Assembly (NCBI GenBank): GCA_965279375.1
Contig: OZ257156.1
Location: 2,784,001-2,848,000, forward strand
Length of the DNA stretch: 64,000 bases
From: Gemmatimonas sp.
Lineage (GTDB): Bacteria; Gemmatimonadota; Gemmatimonadetes; Gemmatimonadales; Gemmatimonadaceae
Direction: 5' to 3'
A program made the position numbers and the translations under genes. The notes under the pieces are model-generated. The model saw only the letters and a program-made list of their open reading frames with translations, had not been told where the DNA came from and searched no databases. Shown here in pieces: positions 9,451 to 21,011 of the stretch (its first letter is position 1; every line of letters begins with the position of its first letter).

Positions 9451-9680
9451 TACGCCTTGCACACGTTCCAGCGTACGACCGTTTCATCGTTGCAGCGATA
9501 GGTGCAGAAGCCGCACGTATTGCCGCTGATGTTGGTGCAGGCGCCATAGCCCGGGACGCGGGCGAAGCGTGGGCACCCGCGAATCTGCGATTGAGATGAC
9601 GCTGGTGCGAACAACGCCACCGCCAACGCGGCGGTGAGTCGGACGCGAGGGCTGAGAAGCAATCCGCGCAGCTTTTGCAT
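9450..9680 (-). CDS. Small secreted cysteine-rich peptide (6 Cys)
   Basis: GAGGG SD, ATG, signal peptide, then QIRGCPRFARVPGYGACTNISGNTCGFCTYRCNDETVVRWNVCKA. Confidence 0.7.
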   Translation of the reverse strand: MQKLRGLLLSPRVRLTAALAVALFAPASSQSQIRGCPRFARVPGYGACTNISGNTCGFCTYRCNDETVVRWNVCKA

Positions 9681-9711
9681 CGTTCAAATCCCTCGCGTCA
9701 GTTGACCAGAA

Positions 9712-11795
<2,084 letters not shown>

Positions 11796-11800
11796 CTTGC

Positions 11801-12130
11801 CTATCCGCGCAGAGTCCAACGCAGTTTGGTGACCGGGGGGCGGGAGGTGTCGCGGTTGAGCGACTTGAGCAGCTCCGGCTCCAACAGTGACAGCTCGTTC
11901 ATCCACGCATTCGTTCGTACCATCACCACCAGCGTGCCGTCCTGCTGCAGGTGCATCGGCTCCGTCACCGCCGCGATCTGTGGGCCCACCAGATGCGGCC
12001 ACTCCGGAATGACCGACGCCTGCGCCACGCGGTCGGTCAGCCCCGCCTTCTTGAGGACGGCCGCCAGTACGTCACTCACCGGTGCGAGCGGTCGCTTGCG
12101 ATCCTCGGGCCCGCCGTAGTCGCGCGTCAT
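11801..12130 (-). CDS. dciA: DUF721/DciA family protein
   Basis: W..LVG..IA..T.P...GTL.V...AW..EL motif; canonical position between recF and gyrB. Confidence 0.8.
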   Translation of the reverse strand: MTRDYGGPEDRKRPLAPVSDVLAAVLKKAGLTDRVAQASVIPEWPHLVGPQIAAVTEPMHLQQDGTLVVMVRTNAWMNELSLLEPELLKSLNRDTSRPPVTKLRWTLRG

Positions 12131-13269
12131 GCAGCTCCCGAGAGTGTGCCATCGTGCATGGTGCGACGCTCCAGACGGGTGAAGGCGCTGGGGATGTCTT
12201 CCAGACGCGGGACCGCGAGCAGCACCTGCCCGATGCCAGTCTCCTCCAGCAGCGCCAGTACGCGCGCCGCACGTCCCGTGTCGAGCTCCGCGAACGGATC
12301 ATCGAGCAGCAGCAACGGCGTCGCGCCGATGGCGTCACGTAGCGTGGCCAGCTCCAGCAACCGAAGCGCGATCGCCGCGCTCCGCTGCTGTCCCGCCGAA
12401 CCGAATGTGCGCAGCTCGCGACCGCCGAGCAGCAACTGCAACTCGTCGCGGTGCGGACCGACCAGCGTCAGGCCACGACGAAGCTCCTGCGCCCGCTGCT
12501 GCGCGAGCGCGTCAACCAACGCCTGCGCCTGCGCCGTGGGATTCTCCAGCGCGGCGCTGTCCAACGACGCAACCCCCGCCACGTAGCGCATGCTCACTGG
12601 CTGCCGTTCGCCGATGGCCACCGCGATGCGCGTGAACGTGTCGCGATGCGCTCGCACGAAGGCGTGTCGCAGTGCAGCCACCACGCCGCCGTGCTCCGCC
12701 AATGCCGGCTCCCACACACTGACGCGTGCATCGTGCGCGCCGCCCGCACGCGCGCCCTCACGCTGCGCGGTACGCAGGACCGCGTTCCGTCGCAGCAGCG
12801 CCGCGCGATACTGCTGCAACGCCGTGAGATAGGTCGGCGACGAGATCGCGAGCGCGACGTCGAGAAAACGACGGCGCTCGCCCGGTCCGCCAGCCACCAA
12901 CGACACGTCGGCCGGTGAGAAACAGACAGACGGCAACGCGCCCAAGGCCGCCGTCAGCCGCGGCTGCTCCACCCCGTCCAGCGTCGCTCGCTTTCGCTTG
13001 GAGGCGCGATCGTACCCAACGGCCACAGAGCCGAAAGCCGACGGTGCCTCCAGCTCGGCGCGAATGTGAAACACGCTCGCGCCGAAGCGCACGACGTCCG
13101 CGTCGCGCGCGCCGCGAAGTGAACGAAGCAGCGACAAGTACGCGACCGCTTCGAGCAGGTTGGTCTTCCCGTGCCCGTTCTCTCCAATAATCGCGATGCC
13201 GCTCGGCGGCAGGGCGATATCGAGGTGTGCGAAGTTGCGAAAATCACGCGCAACGAGGCGCGCCAGCAT
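12127..13269 (-). CDS. recF: DNA replication/repair protein RecF
   Basis: DFRN, GENGHGKTNLLEA, GPGERRRFLD, GPHRD, GSAGQQR, LLLDD. Confidence 0.95.
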   Translation of the reverse strand: MLARLVARDFRNFAHLDIALPPSGIAIIGENGHGKTNLLEAVAYLSLLRSLRGARDADVVRFGASVFHIRAELEAPSAFGSVAVGYDRASKRKRATLDGVEQPRLTAALGALPSVCFSPADVSLVAGGPGERRRFLDVALAISSPTYLTALQQYRAALLRRNAVLRTAQREGARAGGAHDARVSVWEPALAEHGGVVAALRHAFVRAHRDTFTRIAVAIGERQPVSMRYVAGVASLDSAALENPTAQAQALVDALAQQRAQELRRGLTLVGPHRDELQLLLGGRELRTFGSAGQQRSAAIALRLLELATLRDAIGATPLLLLDDPFAELDTGRAARVLALLEETGIGQVLLAVPRLEDIPSAFTRLERRTMHDGTLSGAA

Positions 13270-13310
13270 GATGAAGGGCTCGGCGAGACGGGGCGCGTCG
13301 GCGTGTGTGC

Positions 13311-14090
13311 TCAGTGTCCGGTGAAGGCGGGCGGGCGCTTCTCGAGAAACGCCGCCGTGCCCTCGCGCATGTCGCTCGTGCTCGACAGCATGCCGAACTG
13401 GTCGGACTCGATCGCGCACCCCTCCTCCACGGAGAGCGATGCGCCGCGATTGACCGCCTCGACGCACGCAGCGAGCGCCAGCGGTGCATTGGCCAGCATC
13501 GCGCGCAACAGCGCAGTCGTCGTGTCGAGCAGGGCATCGGCGGGCACCACCTGATCGACCAGTCCCAGACGGTAGGCCTCGGCGGCACCGATCATCTCGC
13601 CGCTCAGCAGCAGGCGCAGCGCGGCACCGCGACCGATCAGACGCGGCAGTCGCTGCGTGCCTCCATATCCAGGAAGCAAGCCGAGCTTGACCTCGGGCTG
13701 ACCGAGCTTGGCGGACTCACTGGCGATGCGCACGTGGCAGGCCATCGCGAGCTCGCAGCCGCCGCCGAGCGCAAAGCCATTGATCATCGCAATCGTCGGC
13801 TTGGGCGAGGTCTCGAAGCGTCGGAAGATTTCCTGCCCCGCGCGCGCACGTCGCATTCCTTCCAGCGGCGTCTGCGTGCCAAGCTCCGAGATGTCGGCGC
13901 CGGCGACGAAGGCGCGGCCCGCGCCCGTCAGAATGACGCCGCCTACATCGTCGCGCGACCGCGCTTCGTCGATAGCCACGCCAAGTTCGGCAATCGTCGC
14001 GTCGTTGAGCGCGTTGAGCTTGTCGGGACGGTTGACCGTGATGGTGGCGATGCGGTCAGCGACGGTGAAGGTCAGGAACTGGTAGGACAT
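13311..14090 (-). CDS. Enoyl-CoA hydratase/crotonase
   Basis: NRPDKLNAL, AFVAGADI, GGGCELAMAC, GQPEVKLG, GGTQRLPRLIG. Confidence 0.93.
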   Translation of the reverse strand: MSYQFLTFTVADRIATITVNRPDKLNALNDATIAELGVAIDEARSRDDVGGVILTGAGRAFVAGADISELGTQTPLEGMRRARAGQEIFRRFETSPKPTIAMINGFALGGGCELAMACHVRIASESAKLGQPEVKLGLLPGYGGTQRLPRLIGRGAALRLLLSGEMIGAAEAYRLGLVDQVVPADALLDTTTALLRAMLANAPLALAACVEAVNRGASLSVEEGCAIESDQFGMLSSTSDMREGTAAFLEKRPPAFTGH

Positions 14091-14224
14091 GCAGCTTCCG
14101 ATCGTAGCAGGAGTATTCAGGACACGTCGGGGGGAGACGGACGTGGACGACGCAGCGGAAATGTAACGCCTCTCGCCCTCCGATCTCGCTGGGCCGAAAT
14201 GCGCGTGCGGCGCTGCGCATCGTG

Positions 14225-14253
14225 CTGACAGGTCCGCCGTCGCAGGTTACGTT
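14225..14253 (+). promoter_or_regulatory. sigma70-type promoter, probably yielding leaderless mtnA mRNA
   Basis: CTGACA-N17-TACGTT, 6 nt before the GTG start, no SD. Confidence 0.5.
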
Positions 14254-14259
14254 GGGCTC

Positions 14260-15267
14260 GTGCTTCCTACTCCTGCTGTCGCATGGTCGGCGGACCGCCG
14301 ATCGCTCCGCATTCTCGACCAGCGGCTCTTGCCCAGTGCCGAGGTCGTGCGCGAGCTCCAGTCGCTCGATGACATCATCGAGGCTATCCGGACGCTGGCC
14401 GTGCGCGGTGCGCCGGCAATCGGTGTCGCGGCCGCCATTGGCTTGGTGGTGGCGCTCCAAACGGACGCTGCAGGCGACGCTGCGAGATGGCGCGCCAACT
14501 TGCCCTCGTTCGCTGAGCGGTTGATCGCGTCGCGCCCAACCGCCGTGAATCTCGCCTGGGCGGTGCAGCGACTCTTGGCGCGAGCGCAGCAGGTGTCGGA
14601 CGACACGCTGGCGGACGCGCTGTTCGCCGAGGCCGACGCGATTCTGCAGCAGGACATCGCGATGTGTCAGTCGATCGGCGCGCACGGTGCCTCGCTGGTG
14701 CTCGATGGCGCGCGCTTGCTCACGCACTGCAACGCCGGCGCGCTCGCGACCGCGGGCATCGGCACCGCGCTTGCGCCGATCTACGCGGCGCACGCCCTCG
14801 GCCGCAAAGTGCATGTCTACGCGGACGAAACGCGTCCGCTGCGGCAAGGCGCGCGGCTCACCGCATGGGAGCTGCAGCGCGCAGGCATCGAGGTGACGGT
14901 GCTGCCCGATGGGGCGGCCGCGTCGCTGTTGCGCTCCGGTGCTGTGGATCTCGTCATCGTCGGCGCCGATCGCATCGCTGCCAACGGGGACGTGGCCAAC
15001 AAGGTGGGTACGTACGGCGTGGCGCTCGCAGCTCAGGCGCATGCGGTGCCATTCTATGTGGCGGCACCATGGAGCACCATCGACGTCGCCACTGCCAACG
15101 GCGAGGCCATCGAAATCGAGCACCGTGCCGCTGCGGAACTCGGCGAGCTGCCCGCAGGCGTTGGCGCGTGGAATCCCGCGTTCGATGTGACGCCGCGCGC
15201 GCTCGTGACCGCGTATCTCACCGATCGCGGCATCGTGCAGCCACCGTTCGAGCGCATGGCCTCGTGA
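14260..15267 (+). CDS. mtnA: S-methyl-5-thioribose-1-phosphate isomerase
   Basis: LDQRLLP, VRGAPAIG, SRPTAVNL, THCNAGALAT, ETRPLRQGARLT, ANKVGTY, NPAFDVTP. Confidence 0.95.
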   Translation: MLPTPAVAWSADRRSLRILDQRLLPSAEVVRELQSLDDIIEAIRTLAVRGAPAIGVAAAIGLVVALQTDAAGDAARWRANLPSFAERLIASRPTAVNLAWAVQRLLARAQQVSDDTLADALFAEADAILQQDIAMCQSIGAHGASLVLDGARLLTHCNAGALATAGIGTALAPIYAAHALGRKVHVYADETRPLRQGARLTAWELQRAGIEVTVLPDGAAASLLRSGAVDLVIVGADRIAANGDVANKVGTYGVALAAQAHAVPFYVAAPWSTIDVATANGEAIEIEHRAAAELGELPAGVGAWNPAFDVTPRALVTAYLTDRGIVQPPFERMAS

Positions 15268-16751
15268 GCGCGGTCCTTTCTATCGATCAGGGCACGACGG
15301 GCACCACATGTCTCGTGGTGAACGCGGCTGGAGTCGTTACGGGGCGCGCGTATCGCGAGATCACGCAGCACTACCCGTCGCCGGGTTGGGTGGAGCACGA
15401 CGCGCACGAAATTCTCGAGCAAACGCTCGCGGCCGCGCGTGAAGCCGTCTCCGATGCCATCGCTCGCGGCGGCGAGATGCCTGTCGCGATCGGGATCACG
15501 AATCAGCGCGAAACGATCGTGCTCTGGGAGCGCGCGACGGGTCAGGCCGTGCACCGCGCGATCGTGTGGCAGGATCGACGAACGGCGGAGCGTTGTGCGC
15601 AACTCGCCGCCGACGCTGACGAAATTGCTGCGCGCACCGGTCTCGTCACCGACCCGTATTTCAGCGCCACGAAGCTCGAGTGGTTGCTCGCGCTGCCGGG
15701 TATGCGTGACCGAGCGGAGCGTGGTGAGTTGGCCGCCGGTACGATCGACAGCTGGTTGATCTGGCATCTCACGGGTGGCGCGGTGCATGCCACCGATCAC
15801 ACCAACGCGTCGCGCACGATGCTGTACGACATAGACGCGCGTGGCTGGAGCGAGGCTCTGCTTGCGAAGTTTGGCGTCCCGCGCGCCTTGCTCCCCGAAG
15901 TGCGCCCCTCGAGTGGCGCGTTCGGCACGGCGCTCGCCTCGCACGTGGGACTCGCCTTGCCCATCTGTGGCGTAGCCGGCGATCAGCAGGCCGCGCTCTT
16001 CGGGCAAGGTGGTTGGACCGAAGGCGGCGGCAAGAACACGTATGGCACCGGCGCGTTTCTGCTGCTCAACACCGGCACGCAGCGACCGTCCGGTGGGCGG
16101 GGACTGCTCACCACGATCGCCTGCGATGCAACAGGCGCACCGGTGTACGCGCTGGAAGCATCGATCTTCATCGCCGGCGCCGCGATCCAGTGGCTGCGGG
16201 ATGGATTGGGATTACTCGGTCGCGCCGGCGAAAGCGAGGCGATGGCTCGGTCCCTCTCTAGCAACGACGGCGTCTACTTCGTGCCCGCCCTGGTGGGCCT
16301 CGGCGCACCCGACTGGGAGCCGCACGCACGTGGCACGATCGTCGGGCTCACGCGCGGCACCACACCCGCGCACTTCGCCCGCGCGGCGTTGGAAGCGATG
16401 GCCTACGCCACCTACGACGTGCTGGGCGACATGCGCGCAAACGGGGGCGTCCCTTTCGATCGCCTGCGCGTGGACGGCGGCGCGACGACGAACGACTGGT
16501 TGATGCAGTTCCAGGCGGACGTGTTGGGTGTGCCCGTTGAACGACCGGACAACGTGGAGACGACCGCTCTGGGCGCTGCCGGACTCGCTGGCATTGCGAC
16601 GGGCGTTTGGTCTGACGCCGATGCCTTCCTCGCCTCCCGTCGCTTCACGCGCTTCGTACCGGGCGAGGGAATGGAAGCGGCGCAGCACGCGCATCGTGGC
16701 TGGCGCCGAGCCGTTCGCGCAACGCTCGCTTGGGCGCGCGATAACTCATGA
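15264..16751 (+). CDS. glpK: Glycerol kinase
   Basis: IDQGTTG, GITNQRET, WQDRR, GDQQAALFGQ, KNTYGTG, RVDGG, ETTALGAA; GTGA overlap with mtnA. Confidence 0.93.
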   Translation: MSAVLSIDQGTTGTTCLVVNAAGVVTGRAYREITQHYPSPGWVEHDAHEILEQTLAAAREAVSDAIARGGEMPVAIGITNQRETIVLWERATGQAVHRAIVWQDRRTAERCAQLAADADEIAARTGLVTDPYFSATKLEWLLALPGMRDRAERGELAAGTIDSWLIWHLTGGAVHATDHTNASRTMLYDIDARGWSEALLAKFGVPRALLPEVRPSSGAFGTALASHVGLALPICGVAGDQQAALFGQGGWTEGGGKNTYGTGAFLLLNTGTQRPSGGRGLLTTIACDATGAPVYALEASIFIAGAAIQWLRDGLGLLGRAGESEAMARSLSSNDGVYFVPALVGLGAPDWEPHARGTIVGLTRGTTPAHFARAALEAMAYATYDVLGDMRANGGVPFDRLRVDGGATTNDWLMQFQADVLGVPVERPDNVETTALGAAGLAGIATGVWSDADAFLASRRFTRFVPGEGMEAAQHAHRGWRRAVRATLAWARDNS

Positions 16752-18772
16752 TCCTTGTAGGTGAACTGTCGCTCTGGGTAGCGCTGCTCATGGCTGCCTG
16801 GGCGACCACAGTGTCGTTTGCCGGTGGCCTACAACCGCGCGGGGATCTGATCCGGAGCGGTGAGCGTGCCCTGCTCGCCACGTTCGCGTTTGTCACGCTC
16901 GCGACGGTAGGTCTCTGGAGCGCGCTCTTCGCGCACGACTTCTCACTCACGTACGTCGCGTCGCACACCAGCCTCAACGTGCCGCGCGTCTACCAGTTCG
17001 CCGCGCTGTGGGCAGGGCAGGAGGGAACGCTGCTGTGCTCGGCGTTGCTGCTGTCAGCGTACAGCGCTGTCGCCGTCATCGCGAATCGACAGCGCGACCG
17101 GGCGATGATGCCGTGGGTCAACGGAACGCTCGCTGCGGTGTGCCTGCTGCTGCTTGGCGTCATCTGCTTTGTCGCGAATCCATACCAGCCGCTTGGACTG
17201 GCATTGCCCGACGGGAGTGGCCTGCATCCGCAATTGCAGACCGCCGCGATGGTGCTGCAACCACCGCTGCTCGCACTTGGTCTGGCCGCTGCGGTGGTCC
17301 CGTTTGCGCTGGTGTTCGGCGGAGTTCTCGCACGTCGCGCCGACGGGGAATGGCTTGACGCAGTCCGGCGCTGGATGCTCTGGTCGTGGATCTTCGTCTC
17401 CGCCGGACTGCTGTTGGGGATATGGTGGGCGCAGATGGAACCCGCCTGGGGCGGACTCTGGACGTGGGATGTCGTCGAGAATGCTTCGCTGTTGCCGTGG
17501 TTGACGAGCACCGTCGCGCTGCACACGCTCATCCTCCACGAAAAGCGGGGCCTGTATCGCCGGTGGACCGTGGTGCTGGTCATGCTGACACTGGCGTTTG
17601 CGCTGCTCGCCATGTTCCTCTCGCGCAGTGCGATGGTCAGTGCCGGCCCCGACGCGTCAGCTGCGACATCATCGCAGTCGCCGGTGCGATCGATGTTGCC
17701 TTCTACTATGGAATCGACGCTTGCGGCGTTGCTCGGGTTTGTAGCGCTCACCGTTGTGTGCACCGTCGCGCTGCTGCGTGCACGGCGCGAGGAGTTGCGC
17801 CCCGTCGTGCTCCTGGAAAGTGCGATGAGCCGAGAGGGCGCAATGCTCTTCGGGAACGTCGGAATGATGGCGATGTGCTGGGCGACCCTGTGCGGCACGC
17901 TCTTCCCGCTCGTCTCTGGCGCGACCGCGGCGCAAAGGTCGGCGATCGACGCTCCGCTCTTCAACGGCGTCAACGGCGCGCTGGGACTCGTTTTGCTGGC
18001 GCTGCTGGGTATCGGTCCCGTGCTGGGATGGAGGCGCGTTTCGCGCGATCAGCTGCTGCGTGCGCTTCGCTGGCCGGTGGCATTGGGCGTGCTCGTCGGT
18101 GTGGCCCTCCTGGCGCTTGGCATGCGGAACGTGTTCGCACTCGTGGCGTTTGCGCTCGCGGGCATCGCTGCGGGTGGAATCGGGCAGGAGATCGCAGTTG
18201 GCGTCGGTGCGCGCCGGCGTCTGTTTGGCGAGTCGCCGCTCGCCGCATGTGCGCAGCTTCTGCTGCAACAGCGCAGACGCTACGGTGGCTACGTTGCGCA
18301 CGCGGGCATCGTCGTGCTCAGCTGCGCGCTTGCTGCTCAACTCTTCGCGCGCGACATCACCGCTACGGTCAAGACTGGCGACACGATCTCCGCAACGGAC
18401 CCATACGGTCGCGCGTGGTCATTCTCCAGCTTGGGCGTCTCGCGCTTCGAGGAATTGAATCGGCGCGTGCTCGCGGTGAGCTTCACGGCAGTGCGCGACG
18501 GCAAGAAGATGGGCGTTCTGTCGAGTGAGTCGCGTCAGTACATCGACAGCGAAGGCGAGCCGACTTACGAACCCACGACCGAAGTCGGTTTGATTCGCTC
18601 ACAGGCGCAGGATGTCTCGCTCGTCTTCACTGGCGCACTCGATGACGAGTCCACCGTGGTCAGCATCCGATTCAATCCGCTCGTGTGGTGTCTGTGGCTG
18701 GGAGGCATCCTGCTGACTCTGGGAGGCGCGATCGCGATGTGGCCTTCCGCGCAGCGGGAGCAGCGCGCATGA
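16748..18772 (+). CDS. ccmF: Cytochrome c biogenesis CcmF/NrfE family protein (divergent)
   Basis: LWAGQEG, WGGLWTWDVVENASLLPW (WWD domain), SREG, RRYGGYVAHAG, NPLVWCLWLGG; HPP and SVH motifs altered. Confidence 0.85.
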   Translation: MILVGELSLWVALLMAAWATTVSFAGGLQPRGDLIRSGERALLATFAFVTLATVGLWSALFAHDFSLTYVASHTSLNVPRVYQFAALWAGQEGTLLCSALLLSAYSAVAVIANRQRDRAMMPWVNGTLAAVCLLLLGVICFVANPYQPLGLALPDGSGLHPQLQTAAMVLQPPLLALGLAAAVVPFALVFGGVLARRADGEWLDAVRRWMLWSWIFVSAGLLLGIWWAQMEPAWGGLWTWDVVENASLLPWLTSTVALHTLILHEKRGLYRRWTVVLVMLTLAFALLAMFLSRSAMVSAGPDASAATSSQSPVRSMLPSTMESTLAALLGFVALTVVCTVALLRARREELRPVVLLESAMSREGAMLFGNVGMMAMCWATLCGTLFPLVSGATAAQRSAIDAPLFNGVNGALGLVLLALLGIGPVLGWRRVSRDQLLRALRWPVALGVLVGVALLALGMRNVFALVAFALAGIAAGGIGQEIAVGVGARRRLFGESPLAACAQLLLQQRRRYGGYVAHAGIVVLSCALAAQLFARDITATVKTGDTISATDPYGRAWSFSSLGVSRFEELNRRVLAVSFTAVRDGKKMGVLSSESRQYIDSEGEPTYEPTTEVGLIRSQAQDVSLVFTGALDDESTVVSIRFNPLVWCLWLGGILLTLGGAIAMWPSAQREQRA

Positions 18773-19284
18773 TCGCGGCGCTGCCTGAGGGATCGACGCC
18801 GCTGGCGATCGGGACGCTGCTGGCACTGGCCGCGCTGTCTCTGGTGCTCTGGCCGCTGCTCGGCGACGATACCAGCGCGGGTAAGGCGATAGCTTCACCA
18901 AACCATGCGCGGCTGCGGCAGAAGGCTGCTCGCGATGCAGCCGAGCTGCATGAGATCGAATTCGACCGGGAGACGGGAAAGTTGTCTGAAAGCGACTACG
19001 CCGAGACCAAGCTGCGTCTCACACAGGGCGCGCACGGTGCCGCTGCTTCTCTGGGAACATCCGCCGGCGCGGATGACAACGACCCAGTGGAAGCGGCCAT
19101 CCGCCGCGCACGCGCGCGGCAGAAGTCGTGCGTGACCTGCGGCCCACGCACCGAGCCGGATGCCACCTATTGCTCCAACTGCGGCCGCTATCTGGCCGAC
19201 ACGTGCGGCAGTTGCCACGCGCCCGTGCGCGAGCCCGCGGCGGCCTACTGCTCCTCGTGCGGCGAATCGCTCTCCACGCTGTGA
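18769..19284 (+). CDS. Membrane-anchored double zinc-ribbon protein (CcmI-like N-terminus)
   Basis: N-terminal TM, EIEFDRETGKLSESDY, four CxxC pairs. Confidence 0.75.
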   Translation: MIAALPEGSTPLAIGTLLALAALSLVLWPLLGDDTSAGKAIASPNHARLRQKAARDAAELHEIEFDRETGKLSESDYAETKLRLTQGAHGAAASLGTSAGADDNDPVEAAIRRARARQKSCVTCGPRTEPDATYCSNCGRYLADTCGSCHAPVREPAAAYCSSCGESLSTL

Positions 19285-19316
19285 CGGAAATGCGGTGAGC
19301 GAGATGCAGCACCACG

Positions 19317-21011
19317 TTAACCGCGCTCGAGTCCGTCCAGTCGGCGGCGAGCGAGCATGAGCGGTACCACCGTGGCGGCGGTGCACAAGGCGAGCGCCAC
19401 GACGAAGGGCAGCACCATCGCGACGGGATCCTTGGCCCAGCCATAGTGCTCGGCCACGAGAAATCGGGCCGCCGGTCTCCCTGTGAGGTACGCGACCGCG
19501 CCGATGAGCGCGATGCCGCTCATCATGAACAGCAGGCCGCCGAATGAGGTGGGAATCTGCGCGGCGTTCTCGCTGTCGAATTGCGGGTAGAACGTCCCGT
19601 AGCTGAGCGCGAGAGCCGTGAGCGGAAAGACCATCGCGACGATCGCGGAGAGCGACACCACGTGCACGAAGAGGCGCACGCCGAGCATGGCGTTCGTGGC
19701 GCCGACGAGAATGAGCGCCAGCACCAGCAGCGGCACCGCGCCTACCCAGAACTTGGCCCACAGCAGGTCGCGCATGGAGAACGGACTGGAACGCAGCAGC
19801 CACAGCGCACGCCCTTCGAGGCTCACGCTCGGGAAGACGAAGCGGGCGGCGATGGACGCGAGCACGAATCCAGCGAGCGCGAGATTGAGAAACGGAATGA
19901 CGTTGCGTAGCACCGCCGTCATCCCTTCGCCCGAGAGCGGCAGATAGCGCACGTTGGCCACGTACACCACAAGCAGCACGGCGAGCATGACCAACTGCGA
20001 CCATTGCGTCGAGTCTCGAGCGAAGACGCGCAGCTCCTTGAGCACGAGTTGCTTGCGCGTCGGGCTCATGTTGGACAGCATGCGTTCCAGCCACGAGCGC
20101 GTTACACCCGGCTCACTCCGTCGATTCGCGCCTTCCTGGGCCTGACTGAATCCGCGGGCCCATCCACGGGCGTGGAGCGCTCCGCCAACGATCGTGAGCA
20201 CGGTTGCCGTGCCCCACAGGCGAGCCAGCGGATTCCACACGGGCTTCCCCTTGAGCCAGCCCATCACCGCTTCGCTCACCCATTCGCTTGGTAGCCACGG
20301 CGACGACGGCGCATCGAGTGCGGCGATGAACTGCATGAAGTTCTGAAAGCCTTCGGGGCGCGCCAGTTGCTCGGGACGCGCGGCGCGAAACAGTACCACT
20401 AACGCCGCGACGGCCAGCGCGGTGATGACGCTCAGCAGGTCCCGCGTGCGCCGCGCGGGAAAGATGTTCACCAGCACAAGCGTGATGGCGGATCCCGCTG
20501 CGGCGGGTATCGCGAGGAAGGGTACGAACACGAGGAGCGCGAAAGGCGCGAATCCGAAGCCGCTGCGGTACGCGGTTCCGTATGCCGCGACGAAGGGCAA
20601 CAGCAGGAGCGCAACCATCCAGCTCGAATACATCGCCGTTTCGAGCAGTCGCGCGCGATACAGAGCCCACGGCTTCACCGGTGCGGCCGCCAGCTGATCG
20701 AGATCGCGCGCAAGGAAAAAATTCGAGAGCGCGGCGATGGTATTGGACAACAACAGAATCGACGAGAACGACAACAGGATCATCGACAGGAGCTTGCCTG
20801 CCAGCAGATCGCCGATGTCCTCCGCGCTCCGGAAGTAGCGAAGCAGCTTGAGCCCGATGAAGAACACCGCCGCCCAGAACGCGGCGCCGAGCAGAAAGAC
20901 GACGATGGAGCGTCGCAGATCGCCGGCTTGATGTCGCTTCACGCGATGCCGCGCCATCTGCCACTTGGGTGCCAGCAGCGCGATGGGGCCAGCGAAGCGG
21001 ACCTCAAGCAT
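19317..21011 (-). CDS. Putative ABC transporter permease
   Basis: About 12 TM segments, SLEGRALWLLRSSP motif; overlaps the ATPase gene end. Confidence 0.8.
   Translation of the reverse strand: MLEVRFAGPIALLAPKWQMARHRVKRHQAGDLRRSIVVFLLGAAFWAAVFFIGLKLLRYFRSAEDIGDLLAGKLLSMILLSFSSILLLSNTIAALSNFFLARDLDQLAAAPVKPWALYRARLLETAMYSSWMVALLLLPFVAAYGTAYRSGFGFAPFALLVFVPFLAIPAAAGSAITLVLVNIFPARRTRDLLSVITALAVAALVVLFRAARPEQLARPEGFQNFMQFIAALDAPSSPWLPSEWVSEAVMGWLKGKPVWNPLARLWGTATVLTIVGGALHARGWARGFSQAQEGANRRSEPGVTRSWLERMLSNMSPTRKQLVLKELRVFARDSTQWSQLVMLAVLLVVYVANVRYLPLSGEGMTAVLRNVIPFLNLALAGFVLASIAARFVFPSVSLEGRALWLLRSSPFSMRDLLWAKFWVGAVPLLVLALILVGATNAMLGVRLFVHVVSLSAIVAMVFPLTALALSYGTFYPQFDSENAAQIPTSFGGLLFMMSGIALIGAVAYLTGRPAARFLVAEHYGWAKDPVAMVLPFVVALALCTAATVVPLMLARRRLDGLERG

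Noticed and set aside
14664..15263. 200-aa N-terminal extension of glpK in the ORF track
   Set aside because: Overlaps mtnA in another frame; kinase homology starts at the GTG at 15264
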